Shown in pieces: positions 1 to 13,364 of a stretch of 64,000 bases of DNA (position 1 is its first letter; every line of letters begins with the position of its first letter). Made by a program: the position numbers and the translations under genes. The DNA lies in the NCBI GenBank assembly GCA_022813965.1, contig JALDZS010000007.1:186001-250000 (forward strand), in the 5' to 3' direction. A model generated the notes under the pieces. That model had not been told where the DNA came from and searched no databases. It saw only the letters and a list, made by a program, of their open reading frames with translations. The DNA comes from Toensbergia leucococca. Its lineage: Eukaryota.

Positions 1-396
1 AATCTGGCAGAAATACTAATTGTCGCTTGGGAAAGCCATTCGTACTGGATTTGGGTTCGGTAAGGCTGAGCAACTGTGATGTCTTGGAGGCGGGAGGGCA
101 AAGGCTTCAATTCACGTTGGCACGATTTTTGATGGTCTAAGTCAATAGTGGACAAATTCATCTAGATTACATGACGATGTTGTTTTGGGCCTTCGAGTTA
201 GGGACATTTTTGAAAATACAAAATAAGGTACTCGTGGCTCTCGCTAGTCGTCGACCGTGGCACAAACACCAGAAGCACATTCCTCATACAGCTCCATTGC
301 AGATGACCACTTTCTCCTAAGAAGAAGAGCGACAGAATATACACGAGAGCCCGCTGCCATCAAAAAGGTTCATGCGCCCCATCTACTCTTGGTGTT

Positions 397-1097
397 TCAA
401 TGTGCTAATGATTGAAGTCAGCACACAGCTCGGCAGAACCACCAAACGAATAACACACCGTCTGGTTGAGCGAGAATGTATTTGACCGCTTTATCGACTG
501 TAGATGTAGTCAGGATGGAAACTTGAGGCGTGTGAATATCTAGTAGAAAGCTCACTGCTATGGATGGCATCCGCCTCTTTGTCTGGAATCTCAATGCTGA
601 ACTCCTATATGAAGTTTTAGCAATGGCAAATTCGGTTTCGAAGCAGAATGCTTATACCTCCTCGATAGCCATGACCACCTCGACTGTGTCTAGACTATCA
701 AGGCCCAGGTCGTTCGAGAAATGTGATGTATTGGAGAGCTTTGATCTAGTTATTTCTAAAATCGCATAAAAACTGGTTATGTAGACACCCGTACCTTGGA
801 AGCATCAGAGACCTTGAGAAAACCCCCCAGTTAGCCATTGCCTGCTGCCACGAGAGCTGAATTTTGGCATACTTTATCGAAGTTCTTCAAAAGATCCATT
901 ATCCTCCCCTCAACCTCCTGCTTTGAAAGCCCCGCGGGCGCCGAGTAGGATCGTATGGCCTGGAAGCTCGCAGCTGGGAAGACATGGGTGGGCTTGAGGC
1001 AGGAGCAAGGTATAATGGTTCGTGATATTGGAGAACGTGTTCGCGCTACAACTCTAGAGGCACATGCGGCGGAACGAAATAGAGCTGTGCGGAGCAT
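397..1097 (-). CDS. ACP1: Mitochondrial acyl carrier protein (complex I subunit NDUFAB1), multi-exon
   Basis: Presequence MLRTALFRS..., then LKNFDK|VSDASK|LSNTSHFSNDLGLDSLDTVEVVMAIEE|EFSIEIPDKEADAIHS|IDKAVKYILAQPD|AH*. LGLDSLD is the phosphopantetheine motif; includes an 18-nt exon. Confidence 0.95.
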
Positions 1098-1355
1098 AAT
1101 GAGAGGATTGAGAGTAGCAGGAGAACGAGGATGATTTTCAGAGCTAGAACATGAAGGTGCCCTGAAAGCTCGTCTCGGCTTTCCACAGAGATGCACTAAC
1201 CGCTCCAGCCAATCAATCTAGCCGGGCGTCTGAATTATGCAAATACACTAGGTCGAATACCTCATGTCAAATCGCACAATTACCCGACCTTCGTCTTCAT
1301 CAGCAATCCCACCCGCCACCTTCCCAGTTCATTGTCAGTTGGTATTTTGCCCTTG

Positions 1356-2221
<866 letters not shown>

Positions 2222-3078
2222 GATTTTGATGACACCGATACCCCTTTTCACTATTCTCACAATGTACATATCCGAGCCTGCTGCAGGGAAATCGTCGAGT
2301 GGAACGAACTCTATAAACCCGCGTGTCTGATCTGACTGCATTCGTATCAATAGCAAGCTATGAATAGAACTTGACCAGCCCCGCTAAGAATCGTCGGCCG
2401 TCTAGCATCACCTTAGACCCTTGGCTTCGGTGCATCAAGATTGGGTAGTGAGATTTCGAATCTGCAGCCTTCATTACCGTTCGATCGATATCCTAAACGA
2501 TCCTGAGATGTAGTCGCTTTGCGTCTATATCAAGCATGAAACATCGTATGTCAAGAGACGTCTGAGCAGGGCATGAATCTAAAACATCATTAAATTACGA
2601 CAGTGAGTCGCTTTTGACTAGCCAAACGAATATCATAGGCTTAACACAAATCTCTGCTATTCCCGTACTACATGAGGTATCTCGCATCCATGCAAATAAC
2701 AAAACAGGCAGAATGTTCATTCCCAATGCTCCAATGCTATGCAGTTAAGGTGATGCATAGACGCCACCATAATACACACTGGAAGCTTCGACGACAAATC
2801 GCGTTTCCCATAATTAGTTGGGCACGTCACAAGAGATTTACCATGAACCAGAAGGATTAGTAGGGTTGGCTTTAAGAAAGTAGGTTGTGCTCGATAGCTC
2901 GCAGATGCTTGCCCTGATTGTTTAGTAACCTAACGTCCCGACTCAAATCAGGAGGGCTTCCGCGCACTTATTCAATTTGGGAAGACTGCTAGATTCCGAT
3001 GCAAGATTCGACAGCGTTTCGATGCATGGAGTAGCTCAATGTGGTAGGGTAACGTCAAGATTTGGCAATTGAAGCGGC

Positions 3079-6000
3079 TTACCATTCGCCAGACCTCGTA
3101 TTCGATCCGGTAGAAGTCCATATGCCATAGGGGTGAGATGCAGCTTGATTGCTTGTAGTGTGTGAAGTACTGCTGATACTGTTGTTATGAACCAAGTCTT
3201 CCCCTGGATCTTCTACAACATCCTTCATAACAACATCTTGCGGCTCCGTTGGCGATTCAATGTTCCTGCAGACCGAAGTGACAAGCTCGTTTTTCAAGTC
3301 GTCCTTGACATAGACCAGGAAGTATGGAGTCTGTGGTCGATCTGTAGATTCTTTCTCAAAAATCTCAGCCGTGTCCTTCACCTCGGTGACATACTCATCG
3401 TTGTATTTGCGCCACATTTTCCTATCAAAATCGTAGATGTAGATCCAATAATGGCCATAATTGACAAGTCCACGATGGATGAAGACAGCTTGCAGACGAT
3501 AGGGTATATTACGGAGGTCAGTGAATTGACTGTTGATGTTCGTTGTCAAATGCTTGATGTTTGCATCAATAGCTACCCACTAGTCAGACAAGAGATCGAT
3601 CGTGAAGTCATTGATGAGCAAGATTCTCACATTCCAACTCCCTTTTGGCTTCGTCCGCAGCCATCTCAAGACATTGTAGCAGCGCTGGACTTACCTCGAT
3701 AGGATCATCATCCAGCGCAGTAGCTTCGGCGATCTGCTGCAGGGACGCACTGGTCGATACGAGGACTTCGGGTATGTTCAAGCCAAGCTAATCAGTTATC
3801 AGTAAAAAGCCACGCTGCCTGACGAGGAAGGCGTCTACCTCTGTCGTGGAGAGCTCTGCTCTCTGTGCCTCCAAGTCAATTAAATCCTTTTTCCATTTCC
3901 AACATTCTCGTCGCCTCTCCAAAAGACTTGCATCGCCAGAATCCATGTATCTGTCCATGTAGATTGTCTCCTTCAGCTCTAGGTGATGTGTTGATTTGAA
4001 GGCAGACTTTTTCTTTGGGTCGAACTGCACTCTCTGCACCAGGATTTGCAATACGGGTGGCAATTCACTGATCGTGGTATACTGCGGTTCTAGAGATCCT
4101 CCTACTTCGACCTCCTGTACGTCAAATGCGCCATCTAGAGCGGCATAGATATCTCGAGATGCTGATGCAACATCGACTATGATGTTCGAGATGAATTCGT
4201 CTCTTTTTCGAATTGTCCCTTGCCTATCCTCGGTGTTGTATCTTTGCTTTCCGAAGAACAGTCTCTTCACCTGGTCGATCTGTTCTCCATCCTCATCGAA
4301 GCTTTCTGGTTTAATGGCGCATTGAAGCTGGAAGAGAACGTTTGCGATGACCTCCGTCACATCTTGTTGAGCACCAATTTCAACCTCCTCTTGCATGGCG
4401 CTTTTCTGCTCCTCTGGCTTAGGTCTCGGAGGAAATGGTGGAGGTCGATTTGGTGACGGAGGAGCACCATTAACCAATGCTGGATCTTGTTCTTTTTTCC
4501 GACGTTCGTCAACAGGATTCAAATAATGTTGTTGGACATTCGTACGAGATGGTGAAGAGTCTTCAAGAGGGACAGTATGGTTCTCGAGTGTAGAATGGCA
4601 TATAAGATCACTCTTGTTAGGTGGAAGGTTCTCCTTATCTTCAAGAATTTGCTGTTGTTGCTCTTTCTCTTCAGGATCGGTCATCATAAAATCGTTGTAT
4701 TCTGGCGCCGCAGCTTCAACCAATGTGTCTTCGCTAGAAGCGTCTCCGTTGATATCGGTCCTTGAAAGGGGTGATTCGGGGGGCTCAACGGATAGAGAGC
4801 CAGTCAATGCAGGGTCTCCCTCTGAGTCCTGGAAAACAGATGGAAGTGAAGGTCCAAAGACAGGCAGACCATTAACTTCACCTAGCGAAGGGTGATGGGC
4901 GCTCAGCACAGAGTGCCGACGAATAATATCTTCCTTTGTTGAACTAACTAAAGTTAGACGAGCTAGCTCTTGCTCCGGCGTTACTTGAGCCGTAGGTGTG
5001 CTGATCATACTCTTAAAAAGTTTTTTCAGCTCATACACAACTGGAACCATTAGTTGCATTTTGAATATCGATGGGAATTGAAGCACTGACACCGTTGTGC
5101 ACGCTCAACTTCTTTTCTTGACACCTTCCTTGACCCAACTTTCTTCATTTTGAGGTTCCCTTCCTCTATGGGCATCTTGTACTCATCGAACCCTAAAACG
5201 AGGTCTCGCAGTGGCTTAACAGTGAAGTAAAACTGCAGCAAACTATTGAGGTAGCACGTGTTGCCAATGTTCTGAAGTCCCGCTGGCCACTCAGAAGGCG
5301 AGTATTCTGAGGTAAGCATACCGCTGTTCATGAAGCTCTGCAGAAACCTAGACTCCTTTGACTTCGCGATAGCCTTCAACGCGCTCCTTAAATCATTCAG
5401 TTGGGATGGTGCTTCGCCGACGTGAAAGTTGTAAGCGGCAAGAATGGTCTCGTCATCGATGGTCCGGTCACTTATGCCCAAGCGGTTGTAAGCATAACCA
5501 ATATCCATCTCAATCTCGCCAAGTATTCCAGTCTCTAGCCATCCTCTCAGCGCGCTACTGTTTCTCTTTTGGGCAACTAAAGTGACGGCGTGGCGGGCGA
5601 TTTGTTCATCCGAAGGTTTCTCATCAACCTAAACGAAGATACGAACAAAATCATTAACACGCCATAGCCACGTTTTGGTGTATGAAAAGTATATGAACCT
5701 CTAGGGTATAAGATATAAGCGATTTTTTTGTCCGGGCTAATTTACCTTGACACTGTACATGCTTAAGAGGAACCCGTCATCCATGTCTTCAGTAGCACCC
5801 AACCACGTCAACGCCTGCTCGTAAGTTGTAACGCCTGTTACCTTATTAGTATTGTAAAGTATGAACGACAGCTCGGGGGTCCAAGTCCATTTTGAGCACT
5901 GACTTTTGGAGGCTATGAATTGAATCTTATCGCTGGACCGATTTTGACCAATGACCATAAGAGCCCGTCGCATTTCCAATTCCTGCTTCGGAGCATCCAG

Positions 6001-7540
6001 GATTCTTGACTGGAAAGTCCCTATGATTGTATCGTCGTCTAGATTCTCCGACTGCCCGTCTAATCCAAGATCTCTATAGGCGCCTCGTACATCTTTCAGG
6101 CTGATTTTGTCTGATGATGCCTCTATTGCAACTTTCGTTTGTAGGTCTTCACTGCTCCGGCCTTCTTCAATGCCCTGAAGACACTCCAAATAGTAGGGTG
6201 TGTTCTCTACATCACAAGCAATTTGTCGATCATACGCATAGCCAATAAGATCGTCATGAAAGTCTCCGGTGGCGCCCAGACCAGCATAAAATCTGAAAAA
6301 GCTTGCATAAGTATGTGCCATAATTCCTTGACGAGTTTGCTCTTTTAGACTCACGGGTGTTCGGCATGAGTTAGATCAATAGTTCGTGATGCAAGTGATT
6401 TTTTATCTTAACAAAGTCAATACTTGTGGACTAGTGTTTCCCATTCTGGCATTTCTTACAGTCCAAGCAGCCCAGTGCCTTCTCAAAATCAGCCATTGCT
6501 AACACAGCAGTGTATGAGACTTTAGCCATTTGTCGTTCTTCGTATGGCCTCTGGCTAATAAGGACCAATAGTTCCTTGTCCACATCATCTAGCAGGACGT
6601 TGAGAGGATCCTTGAAAGGTTTGACTTCAGCGGTGTTTGGGCGAGGAGGTATCCAGTCCAACTCCTATAATGCTTAGGTTAGCATTGCTGAACGCTTAAT
6701 TTGCCAGGCTGGTATTACATCGCGTCTGAAACCAAGGTACTGTAGTAGGTCCGCACATGGTTCACCGAGAGAAAGAAGCCATTTCTTATTCGTTCCTTGT
6801 ATCTTTCTCCCTTCTTGTTCTGTCCAAGCATTGGCGATGTAGGTCCGTAGATTCGCGAGCACTGACGCAGACGGTGGGACAGCATGACCTTCCAAGCGCT
6901 CAGGGTACTCTTCCATTGCTTTCTTGGCCCGAGATTTGATGACATCTTTATCAGTCAGCATAGCGACCCAGTCTGGTGTAAGTCTGGGCGATCTGATTTG
7001 GACGACAAGGCTGGCTGGACACTTGATTGAGGAGCATTGAAATAGCTGCCTATCAGACCATGCGGCAGGACCCACACCATCTTTAACGATTGGATGCCCA
7101 TTTAATGTTCGCGGTGTATAGAGGAAGTGATGCAACGGATGGAATTCATTCGGACACGGGTCAATATCATTCTCTTTTCCCTTGAAACTCACTGACAACT
7201 CCAGATGACACCGACACGATGTACAGTAAGCTGCGACGAGATATACAGTGAAGGGACCTGGGGTATGTTCTATACCGGGAGCATCGCTTTGATCATGCTT
7301 CAAGACCCATTCGTGTCGGCAGCTGCCCCTGCCTACTTGTATTGGAAAGGTCTTACCTTCCTCGTATTGTGGAGGAAGGTCTGTCAGGATGTTATAGCCT
7401 GTAGCTGGCAAATGACGAGGATCGTAGAGGATGAGGTCTTGCAGCAGCCGAGGTGCTGTCTTACCTACCGCATGGAACTGCATCAGCAAGCTTCGGGTGG
7501 TGAGTTTTGGAAGCTTACCTCCACTTCGGGATACCTTCAT
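3079..7540 (-). CDS. UBP2: Ubiquitin-specific protease (C19), Ubp2-like, multi-exon
   Basis: Cys box GLQNIGNTCYLNSLLQ, QQDVTE, His box YRLQAVFIHRG..YGHYWIYIYD; N-terminal repeats typical of Ubp2; exons match ORFs 6674-7540, 5737-6354, 5050-5508, 3788-5092, 3079-3549. Confidence 0.9.
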
Positions 7541-8064
7541 GACTTATTCGATACCTAGCCCAGAGCCTAGCATCGCTATACCAGGCCACAACTACACCAA
7601 GGGAGTATATGAAGCTCTGGTGAAAGTGCGAAGAGATGTTGCAGACGCGGTTTTTTAAAAGTCCGAGGTGAGGTAGCTGGATTGATGTTGATAGAGAAAA
7701 GTACTGATGACGACGTGCAGGATCTGGATTGTTGTAAAATATTACGGTCTTCCTGCCATAGCAGATGTGGGGCAACTTTTAAAGACGCTTGGGGGGATGG
7801 GAATATTTCGAAAAGGGTTAGAAATCCATGTCCGGTGAACAAACATCAAATAGACTACGATACGAATTTTAAAGTGATTGTAGAGGTAAAAAAGTGAAGC
7901 TCCACGCAACCCTGCAGCCGGTACCGAGTAGCGGCTAAGGATCCCTGCCAAAACCGAGCCCGCCTCTATTCGTACCATGCTCGTCTCAACTTCACGACTC
8001 AGACAGGAAACCAGACGATGAACCCTTGAATGAACCCTTGATTCAGCAGCTCGATAGGAACGTT

Positions 8065-8811
8065 ATGGCAACAGAAGATGCAGTCTACCACCCCAAAGAT
8101 ATTGTCAGCTCTTCAGTACGGTCAACCATGATTATTGGAGGAGCCGGAGCTCTGGTCTCATCCATACAAAACACCCTCACGAGACAAAACGTGACCGCGT
8201 GGGGAGTTTTTACGCGGAGTGGTTCGACCATTGGTGTATTTGGTAAATCTTAATAAAGTGGGATTGGCATCGTAATAGCTACTAAAGGTGCACAGCTGCT
8301 ATGGGAGGTACCTACCAATTCGCTCGAGTCGCCTCCGCAAATCTCCGAGAGAAAGACGACAGTTGGAATCCAACAATAGGAGGATTTGTGGCGGGATCCG
8401 TCCTAGGATTGCGAAGTTGGTATTTCATGCCGCTCTTCATTCTCCCCCATCGTTGATGAGCATGTAGTCCGAACCTTTCCAGCGGTATTGGGATATGGTG
8501 CTGGCCTTGCGGTCCTACTGGGTACTTATGATTACACCGGGGGGAAGTTGACGGGGTATGAGAGGGACTCGACCGTCGATGAATATGAACGAAAAGAACA
8601 ACTAAGAAAGAACTGGAGAAGGCCAATTCAAGAGACTTTAGAGGAAGTCGGCGAAGGCAGGGGTCAGTCTGTACTTCTAGCAAGAGAAAAGACTCTTTCA
8701 TTAATAAGCACTACAGGTGTCTACGGCCCTGGGTACGACGATAGGAGACGCGAGAGGATAAAACAGAATTATGGGATCGACGTGCCTACTACCTCGACCC
8801 GAGAAGCATGA
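8065..8811 (+). CDS. NDUFA11: Complex I 21.3 kDa Tim17/22-like subunit (NUJM/NDUFA11), 4 exons
   Basis: MATEDAVYHPKD...IQNTLTRQNVTAWGVFTR..., SANLREKDDSWNPTIGGFVAGSVLGLR, YERKEQLRKNWRRPIQETLEEVGEGRG; three GT-AG introns keep frame. Confidence 0.85.
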
Positions 8812-9305
8812 ATGTAATTGTATTAGCGTTAATTTGTCCTTAGATTTAAGCTACAACGTGAGCGGCTGTGGGATGCTTCTCACGCGTCTGATGGGCTTTT
8901 TGCTCGCTGTGAAGATGATGCCCCACCGTACGGAGTATTATAAAGTTCGACACTCGCAAGGGTCAAATTCTGCGGGGATATTGAGTTTCGCACCCCGCCA
9001 TCAGTACTCGTGAGTCGTTCTCTTGGCAACAACGGAAAGTACTTCTTTTCCACCTTCACTTGTGATTGACTGCCTTTCCTTGGACCTACTTTAGTGATGT
9101 GACTTTTTGCTATTATCCACACCGTACTTGCAAGCCCTTCGGCCTTCGATCAGATTTGTACAGGCTTTCTTAGCACGTCTTACTCAAGCTGCTATTGACC
9201 ACTTGACCTGGTACTTCATTCTATCTTGAGCTTTGCTCAGAGATACATGGCTTCTGATTTTTTGGCAACAACTCAATTATATCAAGACCCCAGAACAACC
9301 AAGCC

Positions 9306-10714
9306 ATGTCTACCATTTCCGCCAAACCACAACCCGAGTCTGGACTAAAGGAGCGCTTCTTTCGCTATTTCCAGCATGAAGTGACAGGTCAGCATTCTAA
9401 AGAGCACTATGTACCACTGCGCTCACATGTCACCGATAGCTCTCCAGGAGCAGATGGCTCGACTTGAAGATACTGCTTTGATTGGAGGCGAACGAGCTGA
9501 CGCCGTTGATCACTGTCTAGCAGGCATCGCCCGTCTGTCAAAGGAAGTGAACGACGCGTCAAGCTACATACCTGCTTATGACCAGCGTACTTACTCTGAA
9601 GTACAGAATGCTGCCCTCCGTCTCATGCAAGGCTGACTGATACCCTGCTTTACCAGGCCATCAAAGCCCTAACAGACAAATTACAAGACACCCGATCCAA
9701 CTTCGCACCTAAGCCTAGATTCGCATTCAAGACTACCCACAAGAATCCTTCCGCAATATCGCTCAATGATGCCGCCGAACTCGCCTCCGCCCAGCGCCGC
9801 CACATCCCTGGCTACCACTCGAACCCTGTGTCTTCTAACGAGTCCTCTCTTGCAACCACCCCTCAATCTCTCGTAACACCACCCAACGAAACAAGCAGCA
9901 ACGCTTCAGAGCCACACCAAAACAACCTTGATTCGATTTCGGAATCTCCGACATCGACACGCCGGCCTGGCGCTGGCTCCCCTGCTGATATGCTCCTTAA
10001 CCCTCACACCGCTGCTGTCCGCAAACCTTCCTTCGCGTCTTCCACCTCTGTTACTATCTCTTCCCACAACTCATTGCACATTATTCTCCCCTCCTCCGCT
10101 GCACATGCTACATCCTCCGGATCCCTTACCAATTTACGCCACTGTGTCGTCGACATGTCCATTCCTACTGTCAGTGGCCAGCCCTTCGCCAGTCTAACAA
10201 TAAAGGGCGTAAAGGAGAGCCTACTAATATGTGGCGCTGTCAATGGCGCTGCACATATAACGGGGCTAGAAGGAAGTGTACTTGTCATTTCGAGCAGGCA
10301 AGTTCGGATGCACGAGTGTCGGGAGTGTGTAGTCTACCTGCGCTGCAACAGCAGGCCTATCATCGAGGACTGCTCGGGGATTAGGTTCGCGCCTTTGCCT
10401 GAAGTATACGTGAGTGAGATTTCTCTGAATTGTTCCTCTTGACTCTAGATGCAATGGTTAGGTTTTTGTACGGGAACAGTCACTTACCAGACTCGACATT
10501 CACTCTGCAGGAACTCGCCCTGTCTGAATTGCAAGAAAATAATCAATGGGACCAAGTCGATGATTTCAAGTGGTTAAAAGCAACGCACAGCCCCAATTGG
10601 AGTATCCTGCCGCCTGAGGATAGTGTGGCCAATGAGGTTTGGAGAGACATTGTCCCTGGGCCATCTTGGTCCCTCGAAGATATCTTAAGGGCTACGAGGG
10701 TCACTAAGGCTTGA
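9306..10714 (+). CDS. TBCC: Tubulin-folding cofactor C domain protein
   Basis: KERFFRYFQHEVT N-terminus, IPAYDQRTYS, C-CAP/TBCC domain SRQVRMHEC..VYLRCNSRPIIEDCSGIRFAP, NQWDQVDDFKWL. Confidence 0.9.
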
Positions 10715-10975
10715 TACGAACATGACAGTACTTACCATGTGGCATCGATGCCTCTGGTACTTAGGATGGAGTCGGCAAAGGGCGCTCGATCATAACATTT
10801 CCATGAAATCTTCGCTTTTCGTCTCCCCACGCACACAAAAGACTCCAAGGGAAAGCTCATTTTTGAGCTCGCATTTTGAGCTTGGTCCAAAGTACTGGCG
10901 TGAAGCCGTTCTACAAATCAGTATATGCCTGTACTTAGCCTAGTTGAGTTTCATGCTCACACCAACGTTGGAATG

Positions 10976-12349
10976 TTATTGCGCTTTCCACTTCCTCCCA
11001 CCACCTTTCCTCCACAGCCAAACCGCCTCGGTAGCAGTGATCCTGCAAGTCCTGTTCCCAGTCCCTTCCTCCCGCCCCGCCTCGGCCACCAGCCCATCAA
11101 TCACCCTCCCCTTCTCCACGCATATCCAGAGTCCAGTACACAGCTCTTCCCCTTCATCCCCAAAATCTCCTCTTCCAAGTCTGTACAGCAGTCGCCCAAG
11201 AGTTTGATAGGCAATGCATCTTTGCGACGGGAAAGCGCTGCGCATGAGGTGCGCCAACTCGGGTATCGTATATCCAGCGGCTTCCGGCGCAGAACCGTGA
11301 TGGTGTAGCCCTTTTGTAGTTGAGATCTGACGGGCAAGGCGCGGAGGAAGAAGACGGCCGCGAAAGTCGAAACGGATGGATGAAGGAGGGAATGAGGCTT
11401 GAGAAGGATTGTATGGAGAGTCTTTGTCGGCCGGAGAATCCTTAGTGGGTAGAGGAGCCATCCAGGCCATGGCGGATGGATCTGAAGGGAGGTCTGGGAA
11501 GTATTCGGAATGGAGGCTTTCGAGGAAGTCAGGGTCTGAAGGGTCGAGCGCAGGGACAGGGAGTGGGGAGGGGAAGTGGATTCTGGGAGGCGCAGAAGAA
11601 GTCATGGGGGAGGAAATGGAAGGGAAATCTATTGGTGGGATGAGCGATTCATCATCGGGAGTCGCTAGAGGATTCTGCCCTTCTTCGGGCTTGGTATGTG
11701 GAGGAGGTGGATCTTCTGGAGCTTCAAACGTGACTCGTTTAGCAAAAGGCTTTTTGGGAGATTGGCGAGCTTCCGTGGGCCGTAGTGCTTCGTCAATATC
11801 CGTCCGTCCCTCATCTATGTTTGCTTTCTTTAAAAGTCGCTCGATCAGCGATGGGCTCAGGGCCGCCATGAGATCCTCTCTCTCTTGCTCGATTTCTTCA
11901 GCCGACATGGTTGCGAGCCGTTTTCTATTTTCTTCATCTATACTGCGACTGCCTGTAAGCTCGCGCTGATCATGGCTCCCGGCCGCTGATCCCACGGAAG
12001 CATCTTGTTCATGCCGTCCAGAGCTGGGGAGCTGAGGTGAATCGACAGGACGAGCGTATTCAAGTTCTTGAGTAGGACGCATAGGGGCATCTCTTCTCCG
12101 CTGTTTGAACGTGGATGGCCTAGAGCGTTTCTTGTGTATAGGAAAGCCGTTTACAGAGCTTCCGTTGGTTGAAGTAGGGGGAGACGATTTGAGATGCAAA
12201 GAAGGCGAGTGTTCTTCGACATCTCTGATGATATTTAAGGCAGAGACAGAGGCAGATACAGAAGTAGGAGTAGCGAGCGAGCGGTGGTACTTTTCATCAT
12301 CGACATCATGGTCTAGATCAATATGGAAACGCTGTCCTTTGACAGCCAT
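10976..12349 (-). CDS. RBA50: RNA polymerase II assembly factor Rba50/RPAP1
   Basis: RPAP1-N motif IDEENRKRLATMSAEEIEQEREDL and RPAP1-C motif IRFDFRG...GLHHHGSAPEAAGYTIPELAHL; first ATG at 12349. Confidence 0.9.
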   Translation of the reverse strand: MAVKGQRFHIDLDHDVDDEKYHRSLATPTSVSASVSALNIIRDVEEHSPSLHLKSSPPTSTNGSSVNGFPIHKKRSRPSTFKQRRRDAPMRPTQELEYARPVDSPQLPSSGRHEQDASVGSAAGSHDQRELTGSRSIDEENRKRLATMSAEEIEQEREDLMAALSPSLIERLLKKANIDEGRTDIDEALRPTEARQSPKKPFAKRVTFEAPEDPPPPHTKPEEGQNPLATPDDESLIPPIDFPSISSPMTSSAPPRIHFPSPLPVPALDPSDPDFLESLHSEYFPDLPSDPSAMAWMAPLPTKDSPADKDSPYNPSQASFPPSSIRFDFRGRLLPPRLARQISTTKGLHHHGSAPEAAGYTIPELAHLMRSAFPSQRCIAYQTLGRLLYRLGRGDFGDEGEELCTGLWICVEKGRVIDGLVAEAGREEGTGNRTCRITATEAVWLWRKGGGRKWKAQ

Positions 12350-13364
12350 GATGGCGATTGATTTGTTTCCGGTAGAAGAAGTTGATGGGCTTACCGAGCA
12401 ACCGAGTACTCTATTTCGCAACAAGACCAAGCACTTAAGGTTGGAAGCTAATGCAAGGCTAATATCTCCAGCCACAGGCGAGAAGGGTAAGTTCAACAAC
12501 TCTCGTGTCTCATGCTACGACCGCCACACTGCCTTTGCCTTTGCCTTTGTGTGGGGTATGGCGGTGGAGGGAAAGACTGAGCGTGGTCGGAAGGCCAGGA
12601 GACTGCACCCTTCTCCATGTTCATAACGGGGATAGAGGTGCCCACAAGGCCAAGGGGATCTCTGTTCGACAGAGTGGACATGATATTGATATGCGGGAGT
12701 ACAGCAGGTCAGGCAGGGCAGGGCAGGGCAAGTAGCTAATTGGGTGGATGGGAGTCTCAGGAGCTGGGACTGACTACTGTTGGTCTGACGGTAGCTGGGC
12801 CTTCCCCCCTTCTGGGCTTGTGGCCCTTCTGGTTGCTGGACAGGGTATTGCTCCTCGTAGGCTCCCGGCAGTAGTCATTCATCGTCTATTGCTTTGTGTC
12901 AAACGTAGCGATGCTTTCCTTCTGCCCTACTAATAGCCCACCCCGTATCCCCCCCAATCCCAAATTCTGGCATTTCTTCTTCTTTTTACCTTCATTCCTC
13001 TTCTCTTTCCACACTGTCAACATCCTTCCAATTCATCCAAACACCTGGCCTGCTCTGCTTCAGCCTTTTGATCTGTGCCATTGGTTTCCCTTTTGACGGG
13101 ACAAGCCCAAGAGGACACTGAATGCTACCATAGAGTGCATGCTTGACGTTCCGTTCGATCCCAAGTAGATTCATCGCCCTGGTCGCCTGGTCCCTGAAGC
13201 TATCGCGACGTCCACATCCCCAAGGGCGGATCCAAGAGTCTCCCTCTCACACCATCAACGTTCCCGACTTTCATGTTTTCAGGATCATCTCTAGCTCATC
13301 ATCGCTGCTCTCTCGCGTTGACCTCAGCGCCGAGTGCATGTGTTAGAAGAGTGTGGTGGTGATC

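Noticed and set aside
10410..10510. Possible 8-nt microexon or nested intron in the TBCC last intron
   Set aside because: Inclusion breaks the frame; a single 101-nt intron restores the conserved C-terminus.
11409..12626. Long antisense ORFs over RBA50 (similar ones over HPC2, RRP14, SMC6, POM152)
   Set aside because: Shadow frames of real coding sequence on the opposite strand.
12711..12732. (GGCAG)n short tandem repeat in the RBA50/HPC2 divergent gap
   Set aside because: Only about four units; ordinary simple repeat.
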